DNA from: Mobula birostris
Taxonomy: Eukaryota
Direction: 5' to 3'
DNA: 64,000 nucleotides
Assembly: GCF_030028105.1 (NCBI RefSeq)
Contig: NC_092370.1
Location: 114,230,443 to 114,294,442, forward strand
The position numbers were made by a program, and so were the translations under genes. The notes below the pieces were generated by a model. The model ran no database searches. It was not told the origin of the DNA and was given only the letters and a program-made list of their open reading frames with translations. This document shows, in pieces, positions 34,095-46,544 of this stretch; the first letter of the stretch is position 1, and each line of letters opens with the position of its first letter.

Positions 34095-36043
34095 GATACA
34101 GGAAGAGTGTGTGGGCTTTGGAAAGGGTACCGAACAGAATTATCCAGTTTTTCCTTGGCGAAGAGAGTATCATCTATCAGGAGAGGCTGGACAAACTTGG
34201 AGCGTTTTGTCTGGCGGTCAGAGGCTGACGGTAGACAAATGAGTTATGAGAAGCGTGGATAGGGTGTCAGAATCTTTTACGTAGGGTGGAAATATCAAAT
34301 ACTAAAAAGCATTGCTTTAAAATTTGAGGCAGTTTAATGGAAATCTAGAAAATCTAAGAAAGTGGTAAGCCTTGAAAACGCTGCCTCGGATGGCTAGGGT
34401 GGAGTGGAAGTAGGTATCATAGCAATGTCTAAAAGTTATTTAAACAGGTATATTAACAAGCAGGGGACAGACAGTATCTAGGCAGACGGGCTGAAGGGCC
34501 AGTTGTTGTGCTGTGCTGTCCTATGTTCCATACCTGCAGCGGGTCCCAGATCATAACTGCCCTGTTTGTAAGGACTTTTTTAAAAAAATCTGTCTCCTCA
34601 CTTCTGTTTTACTTACCTAAATATTAAACTAATGGCCTGATCATTACACACTTAATCAAACGAGTGATGATCTTGAACATTAAACAATGTTAAAAACTCA
34701 GATGGTGATGAAATGAAAACAGAAAATGCAAGAATCCACTCAGCAGCTCATGCGGCATATATGGATGAGAAACAGTTAACGTTTCAGGTTAAATATCCTT
34801 CAATGCGACAGTGAGAAAGCAAGTTGAATTTTCTGCGAGTTTGGGGACTAGGTAGATCAAGGAAAGGAAATATCTCTGTTAGTATTATAGAATAATTATG
34901 GGGGAGGGGGAAGGGTGTGTATCATTCAGCTTATAGCGTCTTTGCTAATTATCCACCAGAGCATTTAGCGAATTATATCTCCTCCCCATGTATATATGTA
35001 ATAGATTTTCCCCTTTATTTATTTATCCCGTTCTTTGTCGACGCCAGGGTGGAAGTTGCTTTCGCCACATCCACAGGGTTTATGTTCTGGATGCAACCGC
35101 ATGCTGTATAACAAACTATTCCCTCATGTCATAAGATGGGGCAGGGGTTTGCCACATCCACAAGTGTTGACAAGCATATTTGGATTAAAAGTTAAAGATG
35201 GAGATTAGTGAGACAGATCACAAACAAAAACAGCGCAGGGCACATTGGAGGTGTAGGAAACCCTGTCTTACAACTGGTGCTGGTGCGACGTGTGACGAGA
35301 TAACTTTATCACCATGGTAACCTCGATCTCATCCCTGGAGATACTCCTTTATCCCTGCCCACCAGCTGCAACTTCAAACGGACTCGTTTATTATTTCTTT
35401 TTCCCAGTTGCATCTTGCTCCAGTGGTGCTGCCTGACCTGCTAACTGACATCCGACACAGTTCTATGGGACCTGTTCTCAAAGCGGATCAAGGAACTTCA
35501 CCCCGTCTTGGGCAATCTAAATGTAGGTGAGGTGCTGCGATAGATTTTCTCCCATGGTTTTAGTCAATGACTTTACTCTCTATGAGGGGCATCCTTGGCG
35601 TAGAGATTTCTGATGCTTTTGCAACAATTGAAAGCAAGTTGTAGAGAGATTTTTGAAAGAAAGTGCGGAATATCGCAAGGACCAAGCAGGTGTCCGTAGT
35701 CAAGTACTTCTCAGTGTTTCTCTCAGGATCAAAGAAAATCTGCTGGAGGAACTGAGCGGGTTGAGCAGAGGGAGGGGGAATAAGTCTTGAGGCAGAGTCT
35801 CGACCCAGTTCATTTCGTCCACAAATGCTGCTCGACCTGCTGAGTTCGTCTTGCAGATAGTTTGTGGTTCCAGATACTAGATTCTGCACTTTCTGTGTCT
35901 CCGGACTCCCTCAGTCTCGCTGCGCCCGGATCCAGTAGCCACAGCGCTGATCACGTGCCTAGGCGACATTGCGCCTCTGCAGGAAGAAGCGGGTCTGCCC
36001 CTTTAATCTAACTCGTGCTAGAGTCACTCTCGCCTGGGCGCAG

Positions 36044-36082
36044 GGTATTTGTTCTGGGCTCCTCTGGTGCCGCTTCGCTATG
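36044..36082 (-). other. Defective RSS of V-B1: heptamer CATAGCG, 23-nt spacer, nonamer ACAAATACC
   Basis: The invariant CAC is changed to CAT; the paralog has CACAGCG. Confidence 0.88.
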
Positions 36083-36508
36083 CTGTCCCAGATCGCACAG
36101 TAGTAAACCCCGGCGTCTACCTTCTCAATGTCTCTTATACTCATCAAACTTGCCTTTTCCTGTACCAAATTTTCGGCGACGAATCTGTCTGATCCCTCGT
36201 CCTGAATTATTCCTGTGTTGGCTTGGACATACAGGATGCCGAGGCTCCCGACGTCTCGATACCAATAAACAAAAGTGTTGCCAAAATCTTCCGTGTTAAT
36301 GCTGCAGCGAAAGCGAGCCATCCTGCCTACCTCTCTCGTGATGGATATCTTGGACTGGAGTACCGACTAGGAAAGGCAACCACCTGTTTAATGAAGATCA
36401 CTGTTACTTTGGGGCTCAGAGAGAACATGAACCTTAAAATGAGCTAAACCGGAAGTACTCACAGAAGCATGCCAGGAACACCGGCAGCTCCGCTCTCCCT
36501 GCTCCCAT
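36083..36508 (-). pseudogene. TRGV: TCR gamma-type V pseudogene V-B1. Leader 36508-36463, 79-nt intron, V exon 36383-36083
   Basis: Leader MGAGRAELPVFLACF, GTGAGT donor, AG acceptor. TAG at 36369-36367 replaces the Gln of V-B2. The rest is open through YYCAIWD, with 9-nt and 3-nt in-frame deletions relative to V-B2. Confidence 0.9.
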
Positions 36509-36559
36509 GGCCAAACTCTGGCGCTTGCAGAAGGGGACAAGATAAAATGGCTCGCTCCG

Positions 36560-36635
36560 AGAAATGACGCGGGTTTCCGCTTCTCGTCGGCTTCTCCAGA
36601 TCTGTCAACTTTCGACCGACTGCGATTGGCTGAAA
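36560..36635 (-). promoter_or_regulatory. Putative V-B promoter motifs: CRE half-site TGACG (36565-36569) and CCAAT on minus (36629-36625); conserved at 60634-60638 and 60698-60694
   Basis: Same motifs and spacing upstream of both V-B ATGs. CRE-like elements are known in TCR V promoters. Confidence 0.4.
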
Positions 36636-38147
36636 TGCCTCAATACACGGAGAACGATTTCCTTTTCGGGTCTAAATGTTTCTGCAAAAAGCAGGTCGAA
36701 CCTTAATCAACACAGAGAAACTCAGCTGGCCAGGCAGCATCGATAGGGGAAATTAACAGTTAAAGTTTCGAGCCTCTTAATGCGTGGTTCCAACCTAAAA
36801 CATGAACGGTTCCCTCCGGCGCAGATGCTGCTATACTAGCTGAGTTACTCCGTCTGGCTGTTTGTTGAAAAGCAAACCGCACAGCAAGATCCGCAAGCAT
36901 TTATGAGTGAAAGGACGAGATGCCTTGGTTGGTGATTATTGCAGTGGTTATTTCAATAAAACTATAGGATCCCTTGTTCCCTGTGAATTAATCGATGATT
37001 TAACACAAGCAGCGTTTTTTCCCCTTAACTAGTTCAATGGACAAAAGCCGGTTGCAATGATTGCAACAAAATTTCCTTTATCTCATTGGTAGCTGAGCCT
37101 CATTTGGGCAGACTCTGGCATCCCTGCCTTCCTGTCCTCTTAAACCTCCCCACACCCAGACCCTCCCCGTCACCCTTCCATGCGCGCGATGTACTGTTTG
37201 TGCTGCCCCTCTGCTAAACTTTCCCTTAAGTGAAAAAGGATTAGCGTTTTCCCGGCGTATATCACGAATGAACTCTACAATTTCCTTTCTTCTGCTTCTC
37301 TTCCTTTTGATAGTTGCAATTTTCCAGTCCTCCCGAACCATGTTAGAATCTATTGATTCCTGAAAGGTCATTACTAAAGCCCCACTATGATTTCCGCCAC
37401 CTCTTTCAGAACCCTGGGGTGAAGATCATCTAGACCAGTTAATTTATCTACCTTCAGACCGTTCCGTTTCCTAAACGCCTTATCCCTACCAATGGTATCT
37501 TCACTCACTCTGCCCCATAACACTCTTGAACGTCCAGCACACTGCTAGTGCCTTCAATAGAAAAGACCGGTGCAAAATACTTAATTGATCCGTCTGCTAT
37601 TTCCTTGTATCCCATTACTACCACTCTAACCTAATTTTCCAGCAGTCTAATATCTACTCCCACCTCTCGTTTACTCTTTATATATCTGAAGAACCTTTAA
37701 ATAACCTGTTTAATATCATTGGCTAATTTACCTTCGTTTTTCTTTTCCCCTCTTCATGACTATTAGTCGCGTTCGGTCAGTTCTTAAAAGCTCTAACTTC
37801 CCACAAACTTTTGCTCTTTTATGTGCCCTCCTTTTGACTTTCATATTAGCTTTGACTTCCCTTGTCAGCCACGGTTGTGTCATCTTGTCTTTAGAAAACT
37901 TATTCTTCTTTGGGATACATCGATCCTGCACCTTCATAAATGTCCTAGGAAATTCAGCCATAGCTGCTTTGCCATCATCCCTGATAGTGTCCTTTTCCCA
38001 TCAACTTTGGCCAGCTGCTCTCTCGTGCTTCTGTAATTCCCTTTACACCAATGTAATACCTATACTGAAAATATGACTTAAAGCTCTCCCACTCAAATTA
38101 TAGGATGAAGTCTATCATATTATGATCATCTTCTCCTAAGGGTTCCT

Positions 38148-38566
38148 CTCTTTGCCGTGGATTGTCACCTTTTCGTGGTGGAGAAGCTTGTGTGGTTCTG
38201 TGATCCCGAGAACGATGCCGTATGGAGCTGTGTTCTTGGTAGGGTCACCCATGGCGGTAAGGTCGAGGGTGAGGTCCCTGACAGAGAACAATCCTACCTA
38301 GGCCTCAGCGATGGAGCAGGCGGACGAAGTTACTTCGAACTCAACTGCTGTGAAAGCGGATGAAGGCTGCAACAAATCCATCAGCTCCAATCGTCGTGGT
38401 TTCCATGCCATTGGAATCAGTTGGTTGATTTGTGAAGTATCGTGTGCTTCTTGGAGTGCAACATCAAGTACACGTTAAACAAATACACGCACAGGCGTCT
38501 TCACTCTGGGGGCCACTTCTTCAGAACGAAGACCATCATCCTCTACTTCGAGGGATAGCCACGACG
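38148..38566 (+). mobile_element. 419-bp RTE (Rex3/Expander-like) derived short retroposon with 10-bp TSD AAGGGTTCCT
   Basis: TSD at 38138-38147 and 38567-38576. The 5' part GTCACCTTTTCGTGGTGGAG...GGTAGGGTCACCCATGGC resembles the Rex3 5' UTR. Short ACG-repeat end. Confidence 0.65.
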
Positions 38567-38681
38567 AAGGGTTCCTTTACCTTAAGTTCTCAGATCAATT
38601 CCAGTTCATTGTGCAACACCCAATCCAGAATAGTTCATTCCCTAGTGTGCTCAAGTATGAGCTGCCCTAAAAAGCCATCCT

Positions 38682-39805
38682 AGAAACATAGAAACATAGA
38701 AAACCTACAGCACAATACAGGCCCTTCTGCCCACAAAACAGTGCCGAACATGTCCTTACCTTAGAAATTACCTGGGCTTCACCATAGCTCTCTATTTTTC
38801 TAAACTCCATGTACTTATCCAGGAGTCTCTTAAAAGATCCTAACGTGTCCACCTCCACCACCATCGCTGGCAGCCCATTCCGTGCTCTCACCACGCTCTG
38901 TGTAAAAAACTTACCCCTGATATCTCCTCTATGCCTACTTCCAAGCACCTTAAAACTGTGCCCTCTCGTGCTAGCCATTTCAGCCCTGGGGAAAAAAGCC
39001 TCTGACTATCTACACGATCAATGCCTCTCATCGTCTTATACACCTCTATCAGGTCACCTCTCATCTTCCGTCGCTCCAAGGAGAAAGAGCCAAGTTCACT
39101 CAACCTATTCTCATAAGGTATACCCCCAATAGGCAACATCCTTGTAAATCTCCTCTGCACACTTTCTACGGTTTCCACATCCTTCCTGTAGTGAGCGACT
39201 AGAAATGAGTACAGTACTCCAAGTGGGGTCTGACCAGGGTCCTATATAGCTGTAACATTACCTCTCAGCTCCTAAACTCAATCCCACGATTGATGAAGGC
39301 CATTGCACTGTATGCCTTCTTAACCACAGAGTCAACCTGCGTAGCAGCTTTGAGCGTCCTATGGACTCGGACCCAAGTTCCCTCTGATCCTCCACACTGC
39401 CAAGAATCTTACCAGTAATACTATATTCTGGTATCATATTTGACCTGCCAAAATGAACCACCACACACCTTTCTGGATTGAACTCCATCTGCCACTTCTC
39501 AGCTCAGTTTTGCATCCTATCAGTGTCCCGCTGTAAGCTCTGACAGCCCTCCACACTATCCACAACACCCCCAACTTTGTGTCATCAGCAAATTTACTAA
39601 CCCATCCCTCCACTTCCTTATCCAGGTCATTTATTAAAATCACGAAGAGTAGGGGACCGAGAACAGATCCCTGATGCACACCACTGGTCACCGACCTCCA
39701 TGTAGAATATGACCCATCTATAACCACGTTTTGCCTTCTGTAGGCAAGCCAATTCTGGATCCACAAAGCAATGTCCCCTTGGATTCTATGCCTCCTTACT
39801 TTTCT
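38682..39805 (-). mobile_element. 5'-truncated CR1 (RT 3' part)
   Basis: TAGAAACA tail at 38682-38702; ORFs with [17 protein letters not shown] and QRRFTRMLP. Confidence 0.9.
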
Positions 39806-39840
39806 TGAAGACATTCTACAAAAATATCCACTGTTGGGAT

Positions 39841-40659
39841 TGTGACGAAAAACCAAGTTATCAATAGATTGATGCTAGTGAGAGAGATAAGTGAGACAAT
39901 GGAGAAACATTCAAAATGCTAATGAGAGAGGAGAGAGAGATAACGGAAAGAGACATCAGTCCGAGTATTGACAGACCGATTGCTTTGAACCTGAACTGTT
40001 TGAAGTTTGATGGACAGGTGATACCCCAGAAGGGGGATAAAAAGAACAGGTTCGCTAAGGCACGAGAGGCACCACGAGATCGCGAGATAACGAGACCCTG
40101 GAAGAGCGGTGTGCCCCCACAAGTTGGTGGAGTTGGAGGTCTGGTCGGGGGAACGGACCATAGACGCACAGGGTGAAAAGGTACGATCGGCGGGAATCTG
40201 GTGTGTGTGTCCGCCCTTGCCTGGGTGCCTGGTTCACCGCGGAAGAACGGTAGTATCCGGAACAGAGGGATCACAGTCGGTGACCACAGAAGACAAAAAA
40301 GGGTTCGCCCGAAAGCTAACTGCGAAGAGCAAAGGTCTGTTTGAATCAGAATTTGCATATCTCCCTCTCTCTCTCTCCAACAGCGATTACTGTGAACTGT
40401 ACTAAGCTGAACTGAACTCTGCGTCACTTGAGACTGATCATTTTACGCCCAGACTGCGATAGAGCTTGTCTGATTCCTATTACCCTAGTTCTGTGTACAT
40501 GTGTGCTTTATCATTGCTAACCTGTTGCATTTATATCCTTACGATTAGACTACGGTGTTACTGATTTCTTTAATAAAACTTTCCTAGTTCCAGTAATCCA
40601 GACTCCAACTAAGTGGTCCATTTCTGCTGGTTGGCAACCCAGTTACGGGGTACGTAACA
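39841..40659 (+). mobile_element. Solo LTR, 819 bp, with 4-bp TSD GGAT
   Basis: TGTGACG...CGTAACA ends. GGAT at 39837-39840 and 40660-40663. AATAAA at 40572-40577. Confidence 0.85.
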
Positions 40660-41019
40660 GGATCTAGCATCAACTTGATTTTCCAAACCACCTACATGTT
40701 AAAATCCCTCGAGACTATCGTGACGCTACCTTTTTTGACATGCCTTTTCTATCTCCTATTGTACTTTGTAGTCCACGTCTTTGCTACAGTTCGCACGCTT
40801 GCATATAACTTCCATAATAGTCGTTTTACCTTTGCAGTTTCTTAGCTCTACCCACATCTTACAATCCTATATCACCTCTTCTTAATTATAGATTTTAGTT
40901 TTTAACAAAGAGCCACCCCACCCTCTTCTGCCTACCCGTCTGTCCTTTCGAAGAATGTGTAAAGTCCTCGAAACAGTCCTGACCAGCGATATAGCACTTC
41001 AGCGGCGAATCTGCTGGAA

Positions 41020-41570
41020 TCGTCTATTGTGTGTGGTGTTCACGATGCGGCTTGCTCTACATTGTTGAGTCACGTCGTAAATTGGGCGACCGCTTCGTCA
41101 AGCACCTACTCGCCATCCGTCAAAAGCGGAACTTCCCGCTGGCCAAACATTTTAATTCTGACTCCTACTGCAGTTATGACATGTCGGCCCACGTCCTCCT
41201 CTTGTGCAACGATGAGAACACCCTCAGGGTAGAGGAACAACACCCTATACTCCGTCTGGGGAGCCTCCAACCTCATGGCATGAATATTGATTTCTCCTTC
41301 CGGTAAAAAAGTAGTATTTCCCTCCCCACTTCTTCTATTCCCCACTCTGTTCCCTTACCTCTTCTCACCTGCCTATCATCTCACCCTGGGTCCCCTCCTC
41401 CTTCCCTTTCTCCTATGGTCCAGTCTTCTCTCCTCTTAGATCCCTTCTTCTCCCGCCATTTACCTTTCCTACACACCTGGTTTCCCCTTTACCTTCTATT
41501 ACCTTCTAGCTAGCATTCACCCAGTACCACATTTTATTTTGTCGTCTTCCCCCGTCCTTTCCAAGCGTGA
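41020..41570 (+). mobile_element. Penelope-like element 3' part with GIY-YIG endonuclease remnant
   Basis: ORF 41031-41306 CSRCGLLYIVESRRKLGDRF..HL...HFNS...EEQH..RLGSLQPHGMN, followed by a pyrimidine-rich 3' tract. Confidence 0.85.
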
Positions 41571-43294
41571 GTAGAAATAGGCCTTCAGGCACACACGTGT
41601 GAAGGAATTCCCTCTACCTGTCTGGATAATGCAGCTACAACGGTAATCTACCTCCAGCAGAAAGTGATCCTTTTGACTGACACCTATCAACCACCCAAAA
41701 CTTCAATCGCCCAAGGTCTCACTGTGGGTGCAGAAATCTACAAAATACACCAGGCTAGGCTACTCCTACAGACCAAAGGGTGCAGGAAGCACAAACGTTT
41801 ATGTTCCCATTTATATTATGTCCAGAAATAGAACACACTGTACATCACCGGTCCTCAATTATCAGTGAATCAAAAGACTGGTATTCCCTCACAGCCCTGA
41901 GAGAGCACCTTCACAAGAATGATTGCAGCGGCCGGTGAGGTAGCTCATCGTCACCTTCGGTATAATTTTTATCATGTGCCTAGCAGATGGTAGAAATGCT
42001 TTGGGAAGTCAGGCTGCGAGTAGGATCTCCAACCCGTCATCTGCTCCTCTGACCACTGTTACGTTTTCTCAGGGCTAGCAGGATTGGCAATAAACGCCGT
42101 GCTCGACAAGGACACCCGAATCCCAAACTGTGAATGAAAGTAGATAGTGGAAGCAGTTAAATTCATTATTTAAATTTATTATTTCAATCACTACATCATA
42201 GCTGGTGCTGGTCTCCCAATTTACATTTTCTTTCGTCCGTCCTTTTCCCTGGAAAGAAGGACGAATAACAGTGGTTTCTATCGCCAATCTGCGAATGTAG
42301 AACTTTGCAATACATAATGTGTCATATTAAAGTTTATCCAACCTGTCTCCGAGTTCCTATCCACGAGAAAGAGGTAACTTTAGCCCTTAATTGGTTCTCT
42401 TCTTCCTCGTTCTGCCTCCGACATTCCTTTCGTATTTTCCCGTCTCACATTTTCTCCCTCATTAGTGCCGATTTTTCAAAACTCTGAAATCTCCAGAGCG
42501 ATGGGTGATACTTGACCCGCTGAGTGAGTACAATGTTCTCGCTTCAGATTCTGAGGGTTGACGCGGCACGCCACAGAGATGAGAATTTAAAACTAGGGGA
42601 AATGGGAGCAGATCGGTCCGTCCTTCCTCGTGTTCCTGGTTAATAAAGATCATGTCTGACCTTCAAGTCTGGTGCCGCTTTCCCAATTTTTCATTCCCCT
42701 AATCTCCAAATAAATGTATTTACCCGGGTTAGAGTCATAGACTCGTGGGATCCCGTAGCATGGAAACGGGCCTTTCTGCGTAACTCGTCCACACTGACCG
42801 TAATGACTAATAGTGGGCCAGCATGGTTCCTGTGGAACACCAATGACCAAATTCCACACCACACTTGGACTGTTAACATCAGGCTAAATCTGTATGCGAG
42901 TGACTCTCTTATACTTAATCTCATGTTATCTGATCTTCTGGACCATTGTACCATGAGGATTCCTGTTAAAGCTTCCTAATACCAAATTGGTCAATTTCAC
43001 CACCCTGCTCTCCCTGATCCTCTTTAACACCTCTTCAAAGAATTAACGTCTTAACATGATATCCCACGCACACTATCATGCTGATTATTCCGATGAACTG
43101 TTTCAATCCCAATTCCTGGTTTATTCCATAAATTTGTGTAAATTTCCTGGCTCTGATTTTAGGTTCACCCACCCCACCCCGTAATTGTGTAGTTTGTCGT
43201 TACACTATTTCTCAAACACATTAGCCGCCTTATACCCTTCTGTGTCATCACCCGTGGCTAACAGTTATAGAAATATCTCTGCCAGGTCCCCAGC

Positions 43295-43545
43295 GATTTG
43301 TTTATTTATTTGTTTGTTGAGATGCAACGCGGAATCAGCCCTTCCGGCCCTTCAGTCTACGTCGCTCGACAATCCCCGATTTATTCTTGGCATCATCACG
43401 AAAGAACATAGGGTTAGGACTAACCTGCTTTGGAATGTGGGAGGACGGCGGAGCACCTGGAGAGCGTATAAACTCCTTACAGGCAGTGGCGAGAATTGAA
43501 CCCGAGTCACTTGTGCTATACATCGTTGTTCTACGCTACCGTGCC
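43295..43545 (-). mobile_element. tRNA-derived V-SINE (HE1-like)
   Basis: Reverse B-box GAATTGAACC near 43494, SINE core GGAGCACCTGGAG, TTTA tail. Confidence 0.62.
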
Positions 43546-43599
43546 TCTCCCTGTCTTTCCGCAACATCATAGAACGCACTTGCCTGGCCCTGGCAGTGC

Positions 43600-44245
43600 A
43601 TCCCTCTTGATGCAATTCAGCACCTTCCCTTTTCTAAAGTCGATATGTTTCAGAATAGCAAATACGAGAAGAAGAAGAAGTTTAAATCTTCTCTTCGACG
43701 GGAGTTTAGTGAAACCCCTCTCACCGCTGCCCATCTATGATTTCTTCGGCCGTTCAACTTTTCGCACCCAGCCCCGCTATTACAGCCATATATCCTTCCT
43801 TGGAACGTGTCTCCGCCGCCAACTTACTCCAGTTGGCTTCAGGATTCGTTTTCGAGCCTCTCAATTTAGACCTTCTGAGGATCCCAGGTACTCACATTTA
43901 ATTGACTTTGCTTCCCGTTGTTTGTCCCGTCGAGCTCTGAGGGCGACACGTTCCGCCATTAGGAGGTACCTGGAGACCCAATCCCAGTCTCTTCCACACC
44001 TCCGGATCACTTACTTCGCCATTTGTAATGGTCCTTTTGCCAATCAACTTTCCAGCACTTAGTTTCTTCCCTCCCCCCTCCTGTCTTCTCCAATCATTTC
44101 GGATCTCCCTCCCCCTCCCACTTTTAAATCTTTTACTACCTCTTCTTTCAGTTAGTCCTGCCGAAAGGTTTCGGCCCGAAACGTCGTCTTCGTATAGATG
44201 CTGCCTGGCCTGCTGGATTCCACCAGCATTTTGTGTGTGTTGCAT
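43600..44245 (+). mobile_element. Penelope-like element: ORF N-terminal fragment joined to a pseudo-LTR end
   Basis: ORF 43496-44062 (RYYSHISFLGTCLRRQLTPVGF...RY...SRRALRAT) resembles the PLE N-terminus. Ends with AGTCCTGCCGAAAGGTTTCGGCCCGAAACGTC...GATGCTGCCTGGCCTGCTG. Confidence 0.65.
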
Positions 44246-46544
44246 ATTTCAGAAGAAGCTCTTTATTAATAAGGGCATCAAAGGTTACGGGGTGATCAGG
44301 AAATGCCATTGAGAGTGGTTAAAAAATCAACGATGATGGATAGTAGAGCAGTCACGATGGGCCAAATGGCCTAATTCTGCTCCTATGCCTTATGGTGTAA
44401 TGCTGTCCTCGAACCCTCCTATCACACATTCAGACGCCTGTCACTTCCCATACCAGTAAAACAGCTTCTCGTAATCAACTTTTGCAGAATCCTGTCTAAT
44501 GCTTTCAAAATTAGTCTTTCACCAATCTAGTACTTTAACTTAATGGTCAATCCTATCTTTTTCCAAAATCATACAAACACAAAGAGTTAGTGATCGCAAT
44601 GTTTCCCGCTATCCTCCAGCAGTAGCTTGCTTTGGCAAGTTTTCCAGCAGGAGATCAAGCGTCCCTGCTCTCCTTTTTTATTTGTTGTGATACAGCGCTG
44701 AATCGGCCTTTCCGGCACTTGGCGCAATCTCCGATTTGATCCTATACTAGTCACTGGATAATTTACAGTGACCAATTAACCTACCAACCGGCACGTCTTT
44801 GCAATGTGGGAGGAAACCAGAGCGACCGAGGGAACGGATAGAAAGTGCAAACTCCTACCAGGCAGCGGCGGGAAATGAACCCAGCGCTACCATGCCGCCC
44901 CACTCTTTGGTGAGACAATCTTCAAATTATATGTGAAAATAGTCCTAGACACCTTTAACCATGGCATAACATATAAGATATGTGAATCGTAACAGTAGTT
45001 ATAGCTGCCTTAATCTTTCTTGGTGGTAGACTGTGAGTTTGAGAGGTGCTGTCAGAGGAACCTGGGTAAGTAATTGCAGTGCAATTAGTAGCCTGGATGC
45101 TTACAAATATTCAGTGTGTCACAAATATTCTGTGGTCACAAGAATGAATCTTCGGAGCAGGTGGTTGTTGTTAATAAAAGGAACTGCTTTGTTTTGGATG
45201 GCGTTGAGCTTCATTAAAGTTCTTTTAGGCAAACTCATTCACTTAAATGGAAAGTACGTCATAACACCCCTAATTTGCTTTACAGACAAAGGAAAGTATT
45301 TGAAATGTGTTGTTTGACCCAGAATACCGAGCCACATTCAAAGCTCAAAGTGCAAAGTAAAATTTATTATCAGAGACACCACATGCAACCCTGAGATTTA
45401 TTTCCTGCGGCCATACGTGTTGTCTCAGTGTTTGTGTGACTGGCCCAGTTGTATTTTCAGTCATTGAATATCAAGGGTGGTTAATTGGAAACACTTGCTT
45501 GGACATTGGCATTGTCTGTACACGTGTGATAATGTAGAAAGTTTATTAATGAATCAACTGAAAATGTACAGGTCTAGGAAAAGACTTCCAACCACTGTCC
45601 TTTCAGCGATTTATTATTTCAGTACTTCACTTAATGCCCATTGACTTGAGTTTTTTTCAGGACTCCTGTGAACTGAAGTAAACCAACTACTGTCCTGCTA
45701 TCAAAAACAGTCCCTAGAGCTCATTTCTTTGGTTCCTGTTTTGTGTTATAAATAGCCAGATTGGATTTGCCAGGCTTTACATCACCAGGACATCACTAGG
45801 CAATTTTATTTGTTTATTTAGCGATATAGTGCAGATGAGGCCCGTCCGGCCCTTCAAGTCACGCAGCGGCAGGAACCCCTGACAGCCTCGATTAACCCTA
45901 ACATAACATAACCCTGACAATTGGCAATCATCTGTCAACCTACTCGACCGTGATAGAAAACCGGAGTACCCGGGGAAAATCCATGCATTCCACGGAGATG
46001 AACCACAGAGGGTCCTTACAGGCAGCGCCAGAAATGAACTCCAAACTCGCCCTGAGTTGGCATAGCGTCGTGCTAACCGCTAGGTTCTCGTGGCACGTAA
46101 TTTTCCACCTAATGGGTCAATGTTATAACTGTATGAAAGCAACTTGACTAAAGACAAAGCCGCTTCTTCACCACAGGGGTTCATTACGGAAGTCAGCATG
46201 TTGTCTTGTCTCAAAACATTTGCTGTATTCAGTATCTCCCGGAGACGGGCAAAGCCAATCCCCCTACCGCACCATCGGCCAGGCCACGCGCCGTGTTTCT
46301 GGTGACAGAATCTCTTACCTAACATTCCACAGGGGGCGATCGAGGAATGGGCAACGCCATGGCTGCGGCCTCGTCCCTAAAGTGGAAAACTGCCCACCTT
46401 TCTAAAGGAATTGCGAACGTGCTGATGCGCAGACAACTTGCGCAGACCCGAACACCTGCCCGGCAGATATGGGTAAGCGCAAGTTTAGCTGGAGGTCGCT
46501 GCAGCCTCCGGATCAACGGTTCCCGTTGACTGGCTGTCGGTCGA

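Larger units (their letters stand above)
15000..37290. repeat. Segmental duplication, copy 1 of the [V-A, V-B] unit
   Basis: Colinear homology with 44491-61405: 15045/44535, 16325/45805, 17843/46583, 20826/49305, 26115/53283, 27580/55675, 36082/60140, 37270/61400. Confidence 0.93.
37290..40990 (-). mobile_element. Old CR1 ORF2 remnant broken by three younger insertions
   Basis: Fragments such as WLTREVKANMK; host sequence continues across the insertions at 38148, 38682 and 39841. Confidence 0.7.

Noticed and set aside
38166-38180. HDV-like ribozyme in RTE 5' ends (CACC-TTTTCGT-GGTG here; ACC-TGTCGCAT-GGT at 19514-19501)
   Set aside because: RTE elements can carry such ribozymes and these hairpins resemble P3/L3, but I could not build P1, P1.1 and P2 by eye. 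Needs an RNArobo or Infernal search.
41700-41726. Perfect heptamer CACTGTG/CACAGTG at 41720-41726 as a cryptic RSS
   Set aside because: No nonamer at 12 or 23 nt and no adjacent V, D or J coding sequence.
42075-42287. 70-aa minus-strand ORF as a V relic
   Set aside because: No Cys-Trp-YYC spacing, leader or RSS; the VYC similarity is likely chance.
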